Notes: generated by a model from the sequence alone, not told the origin. A stretch of 57,662 nucleotides of DNA from Candidatus Acetothermia bacterium (GCA_046543235.1 JBKGZT010000001.1:1-57662), one strand, 5' to 3'. Positions 19,563 through 30,056 are shown, counted from the stretch's first letter. Translations and numbers: made by a program.

Positions 19563-19591
19563 TTGAATTAGGAAAACGGATTGGTTACCAT
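19563..19591 (+). promoter_or_regulatory. Putative sigma70 promoter for hpf
   Basis: TTGAAT-17 nt-TACCAT. Confidence 0.45.
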
Positions 19592-19613
19592 CATTTTACC
19601 ACGGGTGAGTCAA

Positions 19614-20141
19614 ATGAAAGTTAGAATAGAAGAAAGGCACATGGAACAAAGTGATCCCCTGAGGGAATACGCAATTAACAAGGCCGAAGACCTGGAAAGG
19701 TTTTTTGACGGCATAATCAGCGTAGAAATTACGATGGACGTGGAAAAGGAGAGAAGGATCGTCAAGGTGTTTGCGCACCTGATAAATAAGAAGATAGTCA
19801 AATCAACTGCCAAGTCCGACGACATGTACGTGTCGATAGATAGCGCCATGGACAAGATCGAGAGGCAGCTGAAAAAGTATAACGAGAAACTCAAGGACAA
19901 ACACAAAGGGGAGATCCCTCCCTGGGAGGAAACGGAAGGATCCCCCGGAAAGGTCGATAATGGGGAAATCGTCAGAACCGATCTCTACGTGAAAAAACCC
20001 ATGGCACCGGATGAAGCGGCTATGCAACTGGAGTCATATAAACAAGAATTCCTGGTATTCAGGAATTCAAATAACGACAAACTCAACATAATTTACCACC
20101 GGGATGACGGAAAGTACGGTTTAATCGACCCGCGTATTTAG
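19614..20141 (+). CDS. hpf: Ribosome hibernation promoting factor (long HPF/RaiA)
   Basis: DMYVSIDSAMDKIERQLKKY and the C-terminal KPMAPDEAAMQL…FLVFRN…YGLIDP domain. Confidence 0.93.
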   Translation: MKVRIEERHMEQSDPLREYAINKAEDLERFFDGIISVEITMDVEKERRIVKVFAHLINKKIVKSTAKSDDMYVSIDSAMDKIERQLKKYNEKLKDKHKGEIPPWEETEGSPGKVDNGEIVRTDLYVKKPMAPDEAAMQLESYKQEFLVFRNSNNDKLNIIYHRDDGKYGLIDPRI

Positions 20142-20190
20142 GTTAACTTTATAGGAGCCTGCAGTTTCCCGCCCGACAGGAGCAATCACA

Positions 20191-21204
20191 ATGGCAGAGG
20201 CCGTTGCCCTTTACTCCGGTAGTCTTTCCAGTTCCGTAGCGACGGAGCTGGCTGTAAACCATAGCTCTCTGGACCGGGTTATAGTGCTTACTCTGCGTTC
20301 ACCGTTCTTCGCGAAGTTCGACAGGGTAAAAGAGCTGGCCGAGACGCTCTGGCCCGGGACGCGTTTTCGCAGTAAGTCCATAAAGAAAAAGACGGGCCGA
20401 ATAGGGGGATTCGAGAGGCCGGGATCGAACGACCGAAAGACCTATTGTTCGAAGTGTCAGGCGATCCTTCTGGAAACGGGCAGGGATTTCCTCGACGGGA
20501 TCGGGGCGGATTTCCTGGTATCGGGAGAAATGATAGGACCTGGAGAGAATACTCCCCCGCAGAAGCTTGATGGGATAGACAGAAAGGTGGGACTGGAGGG
20601 GAGGGTATACCGGCCTTTATCTTCTGCTGGATTACCCCAGACCGTACCCGAGAAGAACGGCTGGATGCCGGGGAAGGACGAGCTAACGGAGGTTAAAATT
20701 CGGAGAATCCGGGATGACCTCGAGAGGCGAAAAAGGGCAAAGGATCAGGGCTTCCTGGCGGCCGAAGACAGGTGCAAGTTGACCCGGGGACGATACCGCA
20801 GGAGGTTGAAGGACTTGCTCCGGGAAGAAGAGTTTAACGTCAATGACATCAGCCTGCTGGATTTCGAGAACTATTACAAGATTCCTCCGGATACGAAAGT
20901 AGTTTTGGGTAAAGGCCCCGAGGGCAAAAGGAGACTGCATAATTACTTTCTACCTCAGGATCTCCGCTTTTACCTCCCGACCCGGGAAGGTCCGATGGCG
21001 CTGGTTCGATCGGGATTAAAAGGTGAAGCTAACGGCGAGGGTCGAGAGGTCGTAAAGCTGGCCGCCCGGATTACCGCTGGCGGGTGTGAGGAGGTCGAAG
21101 ACGGAAAGGTCGAGGTCAACTATCGATTCGAGCACCAGGACGAAACTTACCGTCTGATGGTTTCCCCGATGGACGAGGAAAGGTTGTGCGAGTACAGGTT
21201 GTGA
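20191..21204 (+). CDS. ThiI/MnmA-like PP-loop tRNA-thiolation-family protein (DUF814-associated type) with degenerate motifs
   Basis: AVALYSGSLSS (vs SGGLDS), CSKC, GADFLVSGE, YRPLS…LPQTVPE..GW and RCKLT (vs GCLLT). Confidence 0.7.
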   Translation: MAEAVALYSGSLSSSVATELAVNHSSLDRVIVLTLRSPFFAKFDRVKELAETLWPGTRFRSKSIKKKTGRIGGFERPGSNDRKTYCSKCQAILLETGRDFLDGIGADFLVSGEMIGPGENTPPQKLDGIDRKVGLEGRVYRPLSSAGLPQTVPEKNGWMPGKDELTEVKIRRIRDDLERRKRAKDQGFLAAEDRCKLTRGRYRRRLKDLLREEEFNVNDISLLDFENYYKIPPDTKVVLGKGPEGKRRLHNYFLPQDLRFYLPTREGPMALVRSGLKGEANGEGREVVKLAARITAGGCEEVEDGKVEVNYRFEHQDETYRLMVSPMDEERLCEYRL

Positions 21205-21228
21205 ATACTTCTTAAGCAGGGTGAAAAC

Positions 21229-23265
21229 GTGAAGAAACACGAGGAACTGCTCGAAGAGCTCAACTCCGGACAGGTCGATGCCGTTACCCATTATGAAGGG
21301 CCATTGCTCGTCCTATCCGGTGCCGGGAGCGGGAAAACGAGGGTTATCACGCACAGGATTGGCTACCTGATCGAGGCTTATGGGGTTAGCCCAGAAAGGA
21401 TCCTGGGCCTCACTTTTACCAATAAGGCTTCGGAGGAGATGGACGCGAGGCTAAAGGAACTTTTGTCAGGGCAAATGGAGGATGGTTCTCCCTGGTTGGG
21501 GACGTTTCACGCGCTTGGGGCGGAGTTCCTGCGTCGGTACGCGAATAGGCTGGATCGGGGCTATGACCGTTACTTTACCATCTACGACGATTCGGACCAG
21601 AAGGAAGCGATCAAAGAAGTGATGGTTGACCTGGATATATCGACGGAGGAATTTCAGCCGGGAATGATCCGGTCGTTTATAGACGATGCCAAGAACGAGT
21701 TGATCGGTCCGGAAGAGTTCCGGTCGGAGATGGCGGGGGAGCTTGACGATTATATGCTGAGGACGGTGGATAGGGTCTATAGAGGTTACCAGAACAAGCT
21801 GGAGGAGTGGAATGGTCTCGATTTTGGCGACTTGATCCGAGTTCCCGCCGAACTGATGAAAGAGGATCGGGAGCTGGTTCGGGCCTGGAGGAAGAAGTTC
21901 AAGTTTCTGCTGGTGGATGAGTACCAGGATACGAATCATGCCCAGTACGTTATGGCCAACCAGCTGGCAAAGCCCGAAAACAATATCTGTGTTGTCGGCG
22001 ACGACGATCAGGCGATATTTGGCTGGCGGGGGGCGGACGTAAGTAACATCCTGGAATTCGAGGAGGACTTCCCGGAGGCCAGAGTCGTGAACCTTTCCCG
22101 GAACTATCGGTCCAGGAAACCGATACTGAGGGCGGCAAATAGCGTAATTAGCAACAACCAGTTCAGGAAGTCGAAGGAGATGGAACCGAGCCGGGGCGAG
22201 GGGGAATCGCTTTGCCTATACCGGGCTGAGGACGAGGAGGACGAAGCAGACTTCCTTGCCCGACGTGTAAAGGAGCTGCGACGGAAAGGAGTTGAACTCG
22301 GAGAGATAGCAATTTTATATCGGGTAAATCCGCTTTCGCGAGGGATAGAGAAGAGGCTGGTCGAAGCAGGGGTCCCTTACGAGATCGTTCGCGGAACACG
22401 ATTCTACGAGAGAAAGGAGATAAAAGACGTGCTGGCGTATCTGAGGGTTATGTGTAATCCCCATGACGATCTCCACCTGATGCGGGTGATAAATACTCCG
22501 AGGAGAGGGATTGGGAAAAAGACACAGGAAGCGGCCAGGGTTCGCGCCAGAGTGGAGGGTGATTCCATCTGGGACTTCCTCACCAGTTCCGAGGAGCCCG
22601 CAGAACTTTCCGGCCGTCAGCGGTCCCGACTAAACTCCTTTGTGGAGGTCATCCAGGGCCTGAGAGATCGGAGGGAGGAAGTGGAGCTGGTGGATTTCGT
22701 GAAGGAAGTTGTTTCTGAGATCGAGTACTTTTCCTATCTGGAAAAGGAGTACGATCCGAATTCCGCCGAGGACAGGAAGAACAACGTTAGGGAGCTCCTC
22801 GGGCAGCTCAAAGAGATGGATTCAGAGGAACTCGAGCTCGAAGACTTTCTGGAGAAAGTTGCTCTTGAGTCGGACGTAGACCAGTTTGAAGACAGGCGGG
22901 ATAAGGTGTCCCTGCTGACGCTGCATTCCGCGAAGGGCCTCGAATTCGGATACGTTTTTATGGTTGCCATGGAGGACGGCCTCCTTCCCCATAGGAGGTC
23001 CCTCGAGGAAGGGGGGCTGGAGGAGGAAAGGCGCCTCTGTTACGTCGGATTGACTCGGGCAAAAGAGAAGGTGTTTCTTAGTTACGCCGACAGCCGTTTC
23101 CTCTACGGACAGCGGTATAACGATCCTCCTTCCCGTTTTCTAGGTGAAATACCCGACCAGGAGATAGAACGGGCAGGCGAGATCCCTGTCCGGACGAGCG
23201 GTGGACCGAAAGCAACAAAGGTCCGGAGTCGTAGTGAGGGTAGCTGGAAGGACTTTCTGGAATAA
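21229..23265 (+). CDS. pcrA: ATP-dependent DNA helicase PcrA/UvrD
   Basis: SGAGSGKTRV, VDEYQDTN, VGDDDQ, NYRS, TLHSAKGLEF and EEERRLCYVGLTRA motifs. Confidence 0.95.
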   Translation: MKKHEELLEELNSGQVDAVTHYEGPLLVLSGAGSGKTRVITHRIGYLIEAYGVSPERILGLTFTNKASEEMDARLKELLSGQMEDGSPWLGTFHALGAEFLRRYANRLDRGYDRYFTIYDDSDQKEAIKEVMVDLDISTEEFQPGMIRSFIDDAKNELIGPEEFRSEMAGELDDYMLRTVDRVYRGYQNKLEEWNGLDFGDLIRVPAELMKEDRELVRAWRKKFKFLLVDEYQDTNHAQYVMANQLAKPENNICVVGDDDQAIFGWRGADVSNILEFEEDFPEARVVNLSRNYRSRKPILRAANSVISNNQFRKSKEMEPSRGEGESLCLYRAEDEEDEADFLARRVKELRRKGVELGEIAILYRVNPLSRGIEKRLVEAGVPYEIVRGTRFYERKEIKDVLAYLRVMCNPHDDLHLMRVINTPRRGIGKKTQEAARVRARVEGDSIWDFLTSSEEPAELSGRQRSRLNSFVEVIQGLRDRREEVELVDFVKEVVSEIEYFSYLEKEYDPNSAEDRKNNVRELLGQLKEMDSEELELEDFLEKVALESDVDQFEDRRDKVSLLTLHSAKGLEFGYVFMVAMEDGLLPHRRSLEEGGLEEERRLCYVGLTRAKEKVFLSYADSRFLYGQRYNDPPSRFLGEIPDQEIERAGEIPVRTSGGPKATKVRSRSEGSWKDFLE

Positions 23266-23266
23266 G

Positions 23267-23294
23267 TTGAAATGACCGCCCCCTTCCTTATAAT
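23267..23294 (+). promoter_or_regulatory. Sigma70-type promoter upstream of the structured leader and FmdB gene
   Basis: TTGAAA-16 nt-TATAAT. Confidence 0.6.
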
Positions 23295-23300
23295 TGGTGA

Positions 23301-23460
23301 GCAGTTCGTATTAGATCAAGGTTTTTATGTTTCTTTATTCTTATCCAGAACCAAATAGCCAACCAAAATCCAGGGTACGGACGGGTGGTTAAATAGAGTT
23401 ATTCGTGGGTAACGATCCCGGAGCTGGTAACTGGTTAGGTAAGATAGGTTTTATGGACGG
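23301..23460 (+). ncRNA. Candidate structured RNA or long-hairpin leader
   Basis: Nested pairings GTTCGTA/TATGGAC, AGATC/GGTTT, TCTTATC/GGTAAGA, AACCA/TGGTT and TCC-A-GGG/CCC-GGA, directly after a promoter. Confidence 0.35.
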
Positions 23461-23471
23461 TGGAGGGAGTT

Positions 23472-23759
23472 ATGCCATTATACAAGTATCGCTGTAATGA
23501 ATGTGATAACACCTTTAGGGTATTGCGGAAGAACGGCAAAAAAGACGAAATACCGGAGTGTCCCGAATGTGGGAGCACCGATGTAGAGAGGTTAATTTCG
23601 AGCGTCGGTTTGAGGTTCAAGGGGAACGGGTTTTACCGGACCGATTACGATAACAATTCCAGTTACAAGGACAATGGAGGGAAAAACGAGGACTCCGGAA
23701 GCGGTAACGGTTCGAAAAATCAGGGTGAGGCACAGGAATCGAGTTCGGGTGAGGTTTAA
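23472..23759 (+). CDS. FmdB-family zinc-ribbon protein
   Basis: MPLYKYRCNEC…CPECGS…FKGNGFYRTDY, with SD GGAGGGAG. Confidence 0.92.
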   Translation: MPLYKYRCNECDNTFRVLRKNGKKDEIPECPECGSTDVERLISSVGLRFKGNGFYRTDYDNNSSYKDNGGKNEDSGSGNGSKNQGEAQESSSGEV

Positions 23760-24180
23760 GAACGCTGTAAAAGTTATATTGGGAAGGAATTGTGGGACTC
23801 CGCGCCACTGAACTCGAGTACCGAATTTTGGGCGGTAAATTTCGGTTGTTTTAGGTGTAATGCCAAGTGAGGGGGTAGTAATTTTTCGATTTTCTAACTC
23901 TTACCTCTACCGACAATTAATTATTCGCAGCTTGCTGGCGCCCGCTGGAGCTGGGTTGACCCAGTTCGGGGCGTTAATCCTCCCAATTTTCAGTGGAATC
24001 CCTAATGACAGTTTGTAAAAGCTTTTCTAGCGGGCGGTAAAGTTGGCTTTATCCGTATCTAATTCCGAATTAAAGTCCTCCTGTTCGATTATTTATCGGT
24101 TTTAAGGAAGTTATTGGCCCTCACCGGAAGTTATTCTTTTCTGGATGGATTGTTTTAACTTTGTAAAGAGGTGATTATGG

Positions 24181-27100
24181 ATGTTGTCGGGTGACGATAT
24201 CGAAGAAGTAAAATTGATGTTTGCTTCTCCCGAGGAGATCAGAGGTTGGTCTCATGGTGAAGTTACGGAATCGGAGACGATAAATTACCGGACGCACAAA
24301 CCCGAGAAAGGTGGGTTGTACGCGGAAGAAATATTTGGCCCCGAAGAAGATTATAAGTGCGCTTGCGGTAAGTACGAGGGAAAGAAGTACGAGGGGATAA
24401 CCTGCGAAAAGTGCGGCGTGCTTGTTACCGATTCTTCCGTAAGGCGGAAAAACATGGGTCACATAGAGCTGGCAAGTCCGGTAATTCATTTCTGGTTTTT
24501 GAAGGGGATATCCAGTCCATTAAGCAAATTGCTGGATATAAAGAAAAAGACTTTACGTAAAATAGCCTACTACGAAGCCGAAACCACTCTCGAGGACATC
24601 TATATAGTTACCTCCTCCGAAGGGGAAACTCTCAGGGAAGGCGAAAGGCTTTACAGTTCCGAACTCGATATTCTATCCCGACATCTCGACTTCGAAACCG
24701 AAAACGGGATGGTTATAAACGAAGCCCCGAAGCTTACCGCCGGTGAATCCGGAGAGGTCGAAATCGAGCACAAAAAGCTCCAGAACGGTGAGGGGGTAAC
24801 TCTGGTACGGGTCGGGGAGGAAGAGTACCCCGTAGCGGAGGACGTGATTCTGGAGGTCAGCGAAGGCGATTCGGTGGAGGAAGGAGAGCTGATAGCGGAG
24901 ACCCCGGTCGGTGAGGTTTGTTCGGAGACCTTCCTCGACATGGCCAAGTCTCGTTACGGGGAGGAGATCGAGTCCGAACCGGCAGAAGAAGAGATCGATA
25001 ACCTCGCCTTTCTCGTTACCTCCGTAGAAGACGAAGAAGTACCCCTGGAGGTGGGGCAGAAGATCACCCAGCTGGGCAAAGAGGCCTACGAGAGGTTGTA
25101 TCCCGCTGGCTTTACGGCTCATACCGGTGCAAAGGGGATAAAAGGGCTGCTGGAAAACATCGACCTGGAAGAATTGAGCGAGAAGCTCAGCAACCGACTG
25201 GACAAGGAGACTTCCAAGACCGCCAGGAACAAGCTGTCCAAGCGGCTGAGCGTGATGGAAAAGTTGAGGGATTCCGGAAACTCCTCGGACGACATCGCAC
25301 TGGAAGCCATTCCCGTTTTGCCGCCCGACCTCAGACCTATCGTTCACCTGGAGGGCGGGAAATTCGCCACCACCGATCTAAACGACCTCTATCGAAGAAT
25401 AATAAACAGAAACAACCGGCTAAAGCGGCTTGAGGATATGGGGGCACCGGAGGTGATCCTGCGAAACGAGCGCAGGATGCTCCAGGAATCCGTCGACGCT
25501 CTCATCCACAACGAGAAGAAAAACACCCCCATTCAGGGGAAGGACGATCGACCGCTTAAGTCTCTATCGGACAGGATTTCCGGCAAGCACGGGAGGCTGC
25601 GGCGGAACTTGCTGGGAAGGCGGGTAGATTATTCGGGACGTGCCGTGATAGTGGTTGACCCCGAGCTGAAACTCTGGGAGTGCGGAGTCCCGAAGAAGAT
25701 GGCCCTTGAGCTTTTCAAGCCCTTCGTGACTAGATACCTGGACGACACTACCTATTCGGATTTCAACGAAGTGAAGAACAAAGCTCTGTCCGGGGACATG
25801 CCGGAAGTCTGGGATTACCTAGAGGAATTGATGGAGGAGAGGCCCGTTTTACTCAACCGTGCACCCACTCTCCACAGATTGGGGATAGAGGCATTCGAAC
25901 CGAAGCTGGTCGAGGGAGATGCGATTCATATCCATCCTCATGTCTGCCCACCCTACAACGCTGACTTCGACGGGGATCAGATGGCAATACACCTGCCCTT
26001 AACCCGTGAAGCGGTGGAGGAATCCAGGGATATTATGCTTTCCTCGAGAAACCTGCTCTCGCCTGCCTACGGGGGTCCCCTGACTAAGCCGACACAGGAC
26101 CAGATATACGCTTACTACTACCTGACTGAAGTCGACGAGGAGGGAAAAGGCAATGGGAAGTTCTTCGCCAGCCTGCAGGAGGCGAAGAGAGCCTATAACA
26201 ACGACGTAATCAGCCTGCACGCCCCGGTAAAGATAAGGATAGACGGGGAGGTACGAGAAACCACTCTCGGCAGGGCTAAGCTCAACGATCTCTTCCCGAA
26301 GGACCTGCGGGATTACGACACCCGTTTTGAATCTTCGGACATTTCCGAGGTCCTGATGAAGGTCTACGAGGAATACGGAAACGAGAGGGTCGTCAGTCTG
26401 CTTGACGATCTGAAAGAACTCGGTTTCTCGGAAGCCACGAAGTCGGCCCTGACTATAGCTACCAAGGATTGTATCGAACCCGAGGAAAAATCGATGATCC
26501 TCGAACAGGCGAATGAAAGGGTCAACGAGGTAAACGAGATGTTCGACAAAGGTCTCGCTTCGGAAGAGGAAAGATCCTCGACCATCGTAGATGTCTGGAA
26601 CGAGACCGTCGATAGAGTAGAGGACGCGACGATGGACAACTACGCCAGGCACAAGTTCAACCCGCTCCAGATGATGGTAGGTTCGGGGGCGAGGGGAAGT
26701 GCCGATCAGGTCAAACAACTTGCGGGGATGAGAGGCCTCATGGCTGACCCTTCCGGGGACGTCATAGAGATGCCCGTCAAGTCGAACTTCCGGGAAGGAC
26801 TGGACATGATGGAGTACTTTATTTCCACTCACGGTGGTCGAAAAGGTACTGCGGATACGGCGTTGAAGACGGCCGATTCGGGCTACCTGACGCGACGTCT
26901 CGTCGAGGCGGTCTCGAACATAGTCGTCAGAGAGAAGGACTGTGAGACCAACCGGGGGCTGGAAATAGACCCGCTCCGGTACGGCGGTGGCGAAATGATG
27001 GAAGGCATAGAGGAAAGGGTCTATGGCAAGACGCTGGCCGAACCGGTAATAGATCCGGAGGACGGTTCTATCATGGGCGAGGAAGGAGAACTGGTTGGAG

Positions 27101-29154
27101 AGGAGCTTGCCGTCTCCCTGGCGGAAAAACGGGTAACGCTTAACCCGCTGGAGCTGGACCAGAAGGCGCGGGAGAGGATCGTGGGAACTAACAGCGTGAG
27201 CGACATCGAGGACCCGGATACGGGAAATGTCCTAGTCTCCAGGGACGAGACGATCGGTAGGTTCGAACTGGATAGGTTGGTGGAAAACGGCGTCGAAGAA
27301 ATCGAAGTTAGGCCGAACATAGTCGTTAGGTCTCCTGTTACCTGCGAGACGGAAAAAGGGGTCTGCCAGAAATGCTACGGCATGGACATGTCCAAGCACG
27401 AGATGGTCGAAGTCGGACTGGCTGCTGGAATTGTGGCCGCTCAGTCCATCGGCGAGCCCGGGACGCAGCTTACGATGAGGACCTTCCACTCCGGTGGTGT
27501 GGCAGGTGAAGATATCACCCAGGGTTTACCCCGAGCCGAGGAGCTCTTCGAAGCCCGAAAGACGACGAAGAGTGCACAGGCGACGATAACGGATATAGAA
27601 GGCCACGTTACCGAGATGAAGGATACGGAAGAAGGGAAGTTAATTGAAATAGAAGGAGAACTCCAGTCTCTGTCTATTCCTTCTTCCCTCTGTCTAGTCG
27701 AGCCCGAGGAAGAAGTGGACCTCTCCGATCTCGTCGACAATACGAGCCCGCACGCCGGAACGGTTAGGTTCGTGGAAGAGGACGGGCAGCCCACCATGTA
27801 CCTGTTGATGAGCAGGACGGATGCTTTTTATGAACTTCCCGATGGAATCGAAATCAACGTCGAAGGTGGGACTTACGTGGAGAAAGGGGACGTTTTGTCC
27901 GAAGAGCTCGAACTTCAGCAAGTCCACGCGAAGAAGAACGGTACGGTGGACAAGATCGACGGCGATCGCAACCTGATTACCCTGGTTGATGAAGAAGGGA
28001 ATTTCGTCGACCACTTGATCCCCCCGATGGCCAAACCGCTGGTCGAAGAAGGAGAAGGCGTAGAGGAAGGCGAAGAACTGATAGACGTAAAGAGTTCCGA
28101 CAAGCTGACCGCCGATAAATCAGGCCTTCTCGTCCAAACTGAGGACGCGGTAATTATCTTCCAGCCCGAAGACGGAAGGAAGCGAATCCCTCTGTCCGAG
28201 GCGATGGTTCCCGAGGTAGCAGACGGGGAGAAGGTGAAGAAGGGCAAAACCCTGTTTACCCTTGATAGGCCAAAGGACCGAAAGTTGGTCGTAGAATCAA
28301 TAGGGGAGGACGGTGAGGATTTCGTCCGGGTTAACTACCGGTACAGGGAGGAGACAGAAGTGACCCATTCCCCCGTTGTGGGACCCGGCGACAAAGTCAA
28401 GCCCGGCGAACAGCTTTCGAAAGGCGTTATCCCTCCCCATAACCTGCTAGAGAAGGCAGGAATGGAGAGGACTTACGAGTATCTGCTCACGGAAATCCAG
28501 AAGGTTTACAAGAGCCAGGGGGTCGACATCAACGACACCCACGTGGAGATAATAATTGCGCAGATGCTCAACAACGTCATCGTTACCAATAGAGGGGATT
28601 CCGACCTAACCCAGAACGAGTTGATCACTCTTGAAGAATTCCGTAACGTGGTCAAAGAATTGAGATCCGAGAACGAAAAGATCCGGGAACGCAGGAGGGA
28701 GATACTCGGGGAAGAAGTCTCGGAAGACGTCTACAGCGGCGGACACCTTATTGCCCGGGAAGGTGAGAGGGTTACGGAGAAACTGCTGAGGCACGCGACC
28801 CGGTCGAAGGTTGAGGAGCTTCCTCTGCTTATAGACGGCGAGATAGTAAAGCCGAGAATCCTGGAGTACGAACTCCCCGAAGGTGACAGGCAGTTGCTTA
28901 GGATATCCAAGTCCGCGCTGAAGACGAAGGGCTGGCTCTCGGCAGCCTCGTTCCAGAGAACTACCTCTACTTTGACCAATGCCGCTCTGAGCGGACAATC
29001 GGACAAGTTGAAGGGGTTAAAACCAAACATAATCGTGGGTAAGAAGGTCTCCGTGGGCACGGGTTTCGAACCTAAGGAAGATGAAGTTAGTTCCGAAGAA
29101 GAAAGCAAGGAAAGCGAGGACTCTTTGGCCCCCGTGGAATCCAGCTCAGCTTGA
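24181..29154 (+). CDS. rpoC: DNA-directed RNA polymerase beta' subunit with lineage-specific insertions
   Basis: N-terminal zinc ribbon, [10 protein letters not shown] catalytic motif, bridge helix [12 protein letters not shown] and trigger loop TQLTMRTFH. Confidence 0.99.
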   Translation: MLSGDDIEEVKLMFASPEEIRGWSHGEVTESETINYRTHKPEKGGLYAEEIFGPEEDYKCACGKYEGKKYEGITCEKCGVLVTDSSVRRKNMGHIELASPVIHFWFLKGISSPLSKLLDIKKKTLRKIAYYEAETTLEDIYIVTSSEGETLREGERLYSSELDILSRHLDFETENGMVINEAPKLTAGESGEVEIEHKKLQNGEGVTLVRVGEEEYPVAEDVILEVSEGDSVEEGELIAETPVGEVCSETFLDMAKSRYGEEIESEPAEEEIDNLAFLVTSVEDEEVPLEVGQKITQLGKEAYERLYPAGFTAHTGAKGIKGLLENIDLEELSEKLSNRLDKETSKTARNKLSKRLSVMEKLRDSGNSSDDIALEAIPVLPPDLRPIVHLEGGKFATTDLNDLYRRIINRNNRLKRLEDMGAPEVILRNERRMLQESVDALIHNEKKNTPIQGKDDRPLKSLSDRISGKHGRLRRNLLGRRVDYSGRAVIVVDPELKLWECGVPKKMALELFKPFVTRYLDDTTYSDFNEVKNKALSGDMPEVWDYLEELMEERPVLLNRAPTLHRLGIEAFEPKLVEGDAIHIHPHVCPPYNADFDGDQMAIHLPLTREAVEESRDIMLSSRNLLSPAYGGPLTKPTQDQIYAYYYLTEVDEEGKGNGKFFASLQEAKRAYNNDVISLHAPVKIRIDGEVRETTLGRAKLNDLFPKDLRDYDTRFESSDISEVLMKVYEEYGNERVVSLLDDLKELGFSEATKSALTIATKDCIEPEEKSMILEQANERVNEVNEMFDKGLASEEERSSTIVDVWNETVDRVEDATMDNYARHKFNPLQMMVGSGARGSADQVKQLAGMRGLMADPSGDVIEMPVKSNFREGLDMMEYFISTHGGRKGTADTALKTADSGYLTRRLVEAVSNIVVREKDCETNRGLEIDPLRYGGGEMMEGIEERVYGKTLAEPVIDPEDGSIMGEEGELVGEELAVSLAEKRVTLNPLELDQKARERIVGTNSVSDIEDPDTGNVLVSRDETIGRFELDRLVENGVEEIEVRPNIVVRSPVTCETEKGVCQKCYGMDMSKHEMVEVGLAAGIVAAQSIGEPGTQLTMRTFHSGGVAGEDITQGLPRAEELFEARKTTKSAQATITDIEGHVTEMKDTEEGKLIEIEGELQSLSIPSSLCLVEPEEEVDLSDLVDNTSPHAGTVRFVEEDGQPTMYLLMSRTDAFYELPDGIEINVEGGTYVEKGDVLSEELELQQVHAKKNGTVDKIDGDRNLITLVDEEGNFVDHLIPPMAKPLVEEGEGVEEGEELIDVKSSDKLTADKSGLLVQTEDAVIIFQPEDGRKRIPLSEAMVPEVADGEKVKKGKTLFTLDRPKDRKLVVESIGEDGEDFVRVNYRYREETEVTHSPVVGPGDKVKPGEQLSKGVIPPHNLLEKAGMERTYEYLLTEIQKVYKSQGVDINDTHVEIIIAQMLNNVIVTNRGDSDLTQNELITLEEFRNVVKELRSENEKIRERRREILGEEVSEDVYSGGHLIAREGERVTEKLLRHATRSKVEELPLLIDGEIVKPRILEYELPEGDRQLLRISKSALKTKGWLSAASFQRTTSTLTNAALSGQSDKLKGLKPNIIVGKKVSVGTGFEPKEDEVSSEEESKESEDSLAPVESSSA

Positions 29155-29179
29155 CAAGGTTAGGGGGCTAACTTATAAT
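29151..29179 (+). promoter_or_regulatory. Consensus sigma70 promoter of the str/S10 superoperon
   Basis: Perfect TTGACA-17 nt-TATAAT; the -35 box overlaps the rpoC stop codon. Confidence 0.85.
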
Positions 29180-29213
29180 TGCTGGCACTTAAAAGGAGTG
29201 GTGACAAAAAGTT

Positions 29214-29585
29214 ATGCCGACGTTAAATCAGCTGGTCAGAAAAGGAAGGTCGTCGAAAAAGAAGAAGACTAGTTCACGGGCGCTTGACGGCTGTCCCCAG
29301 AAGCGAGGCGTGGTTACGAGAGTATACACCCGTACGCCGAAAAAGCCGAACTCCGCGCTAAGGAAGGTTGCCAGAGTTAGGTTGAGCAACGGCAAAGAAG
29401 TGACGGCATATATACCAGGCGAAGGACACGAGTTGCAGGAACACGCCGTAGTTTTGGTCCGAGGGGGACGTGTCAAGGATCTGCCCGGTGTGAGATATCA
29501 TATCGTTCGAGGTGCATATGACGTAACGGGCGTGGAAGGTAGAAAGCAAGGTCGTTCAAAATACGGAACCAAAAAGTCGAGCTAG
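29214..29585 (+). CDS. rpsL: 30S ribosomal protein uS12
   Basis: [10 protein letters not shown] and [12 protein letters not shown] motifs. Confidence 0.99.
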   Translation: MPTLNQLVRKGRSSKKKKTSSRALDGCPQKRGVVTRVYTRTPKKPNSALRKVARVRLSNGKEVTAYIPGEGHELQEHAVVLVRGGRVKDLPGVRYHIVRGAYDVTGVEGRKQGRSKYGTKKSS

Positions 29586-29597
29586 GAGGAAGGGTTA

Positions 29598-30056
29598 ATG
29601 GCACTGCCAGGACGCGACGTAAAGCCGGATATAAAACACGGTAGCAAGTTGGTAGGGAAGTTTGTTAACTATATAATGCAAGATGGGAAGAAGAACCGGG
29701 CCTACAAGATAATTTATAATGCTTTTTCATTAATCGAGGAAAGGGAAGGGGAGCCTGGGGTCAAGGTGTTTCGGGAAGCGATAGATAATATTTCGCCGGA
29801 ACTGGAGACGAGAAGCAGGAGAGTTGGGGGTGCCAATTACCAGGTTCCTTACGAAGTACCGCCTGCGAGGCAGGTGGCTCTCTCCCTTCGCTGGTTGGTT
29901 GAAGTGGCAATGGATAGAAACGAACCCCGGATAGAAGATCGCTTGGCAAACGAGATAATATTAGCCAGCAACAAGGAAGGGGAAGCTTACGAAAGAAAGC
30001 TTGAATCCCACCGACGTGCAGAGGCGAATAAGGCCTTTGCTCATTATCGCTGGTAA
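29598..30056 (+). CDS. rpsG: 30S ribosomal protein uS7
   Basis: SRRVGGANYQVP and AEANKAFAHYRW motifs. Confidence 0.98.
   Translation: MALPGRDVKPDIKHGSKLVGKFVNYIMQDGKKNRAYKIIYNAFSLIEEREGEPGVKVFREAIDNISPELETRSRRVGGANYQVPYEVPPARQVALSLRWLVEVAMDRNEPRIEDRLANEIILASNKEGEAYERKLESHRRAEANKAFAHYRW

Noticed and set aside
25999..26832. Long antisense ORFs (here, and at 38888-39721, 56803-57465 and similar)
   Set aside because: These are shadow ORFs opposite conserved genes, expected from codon bias.
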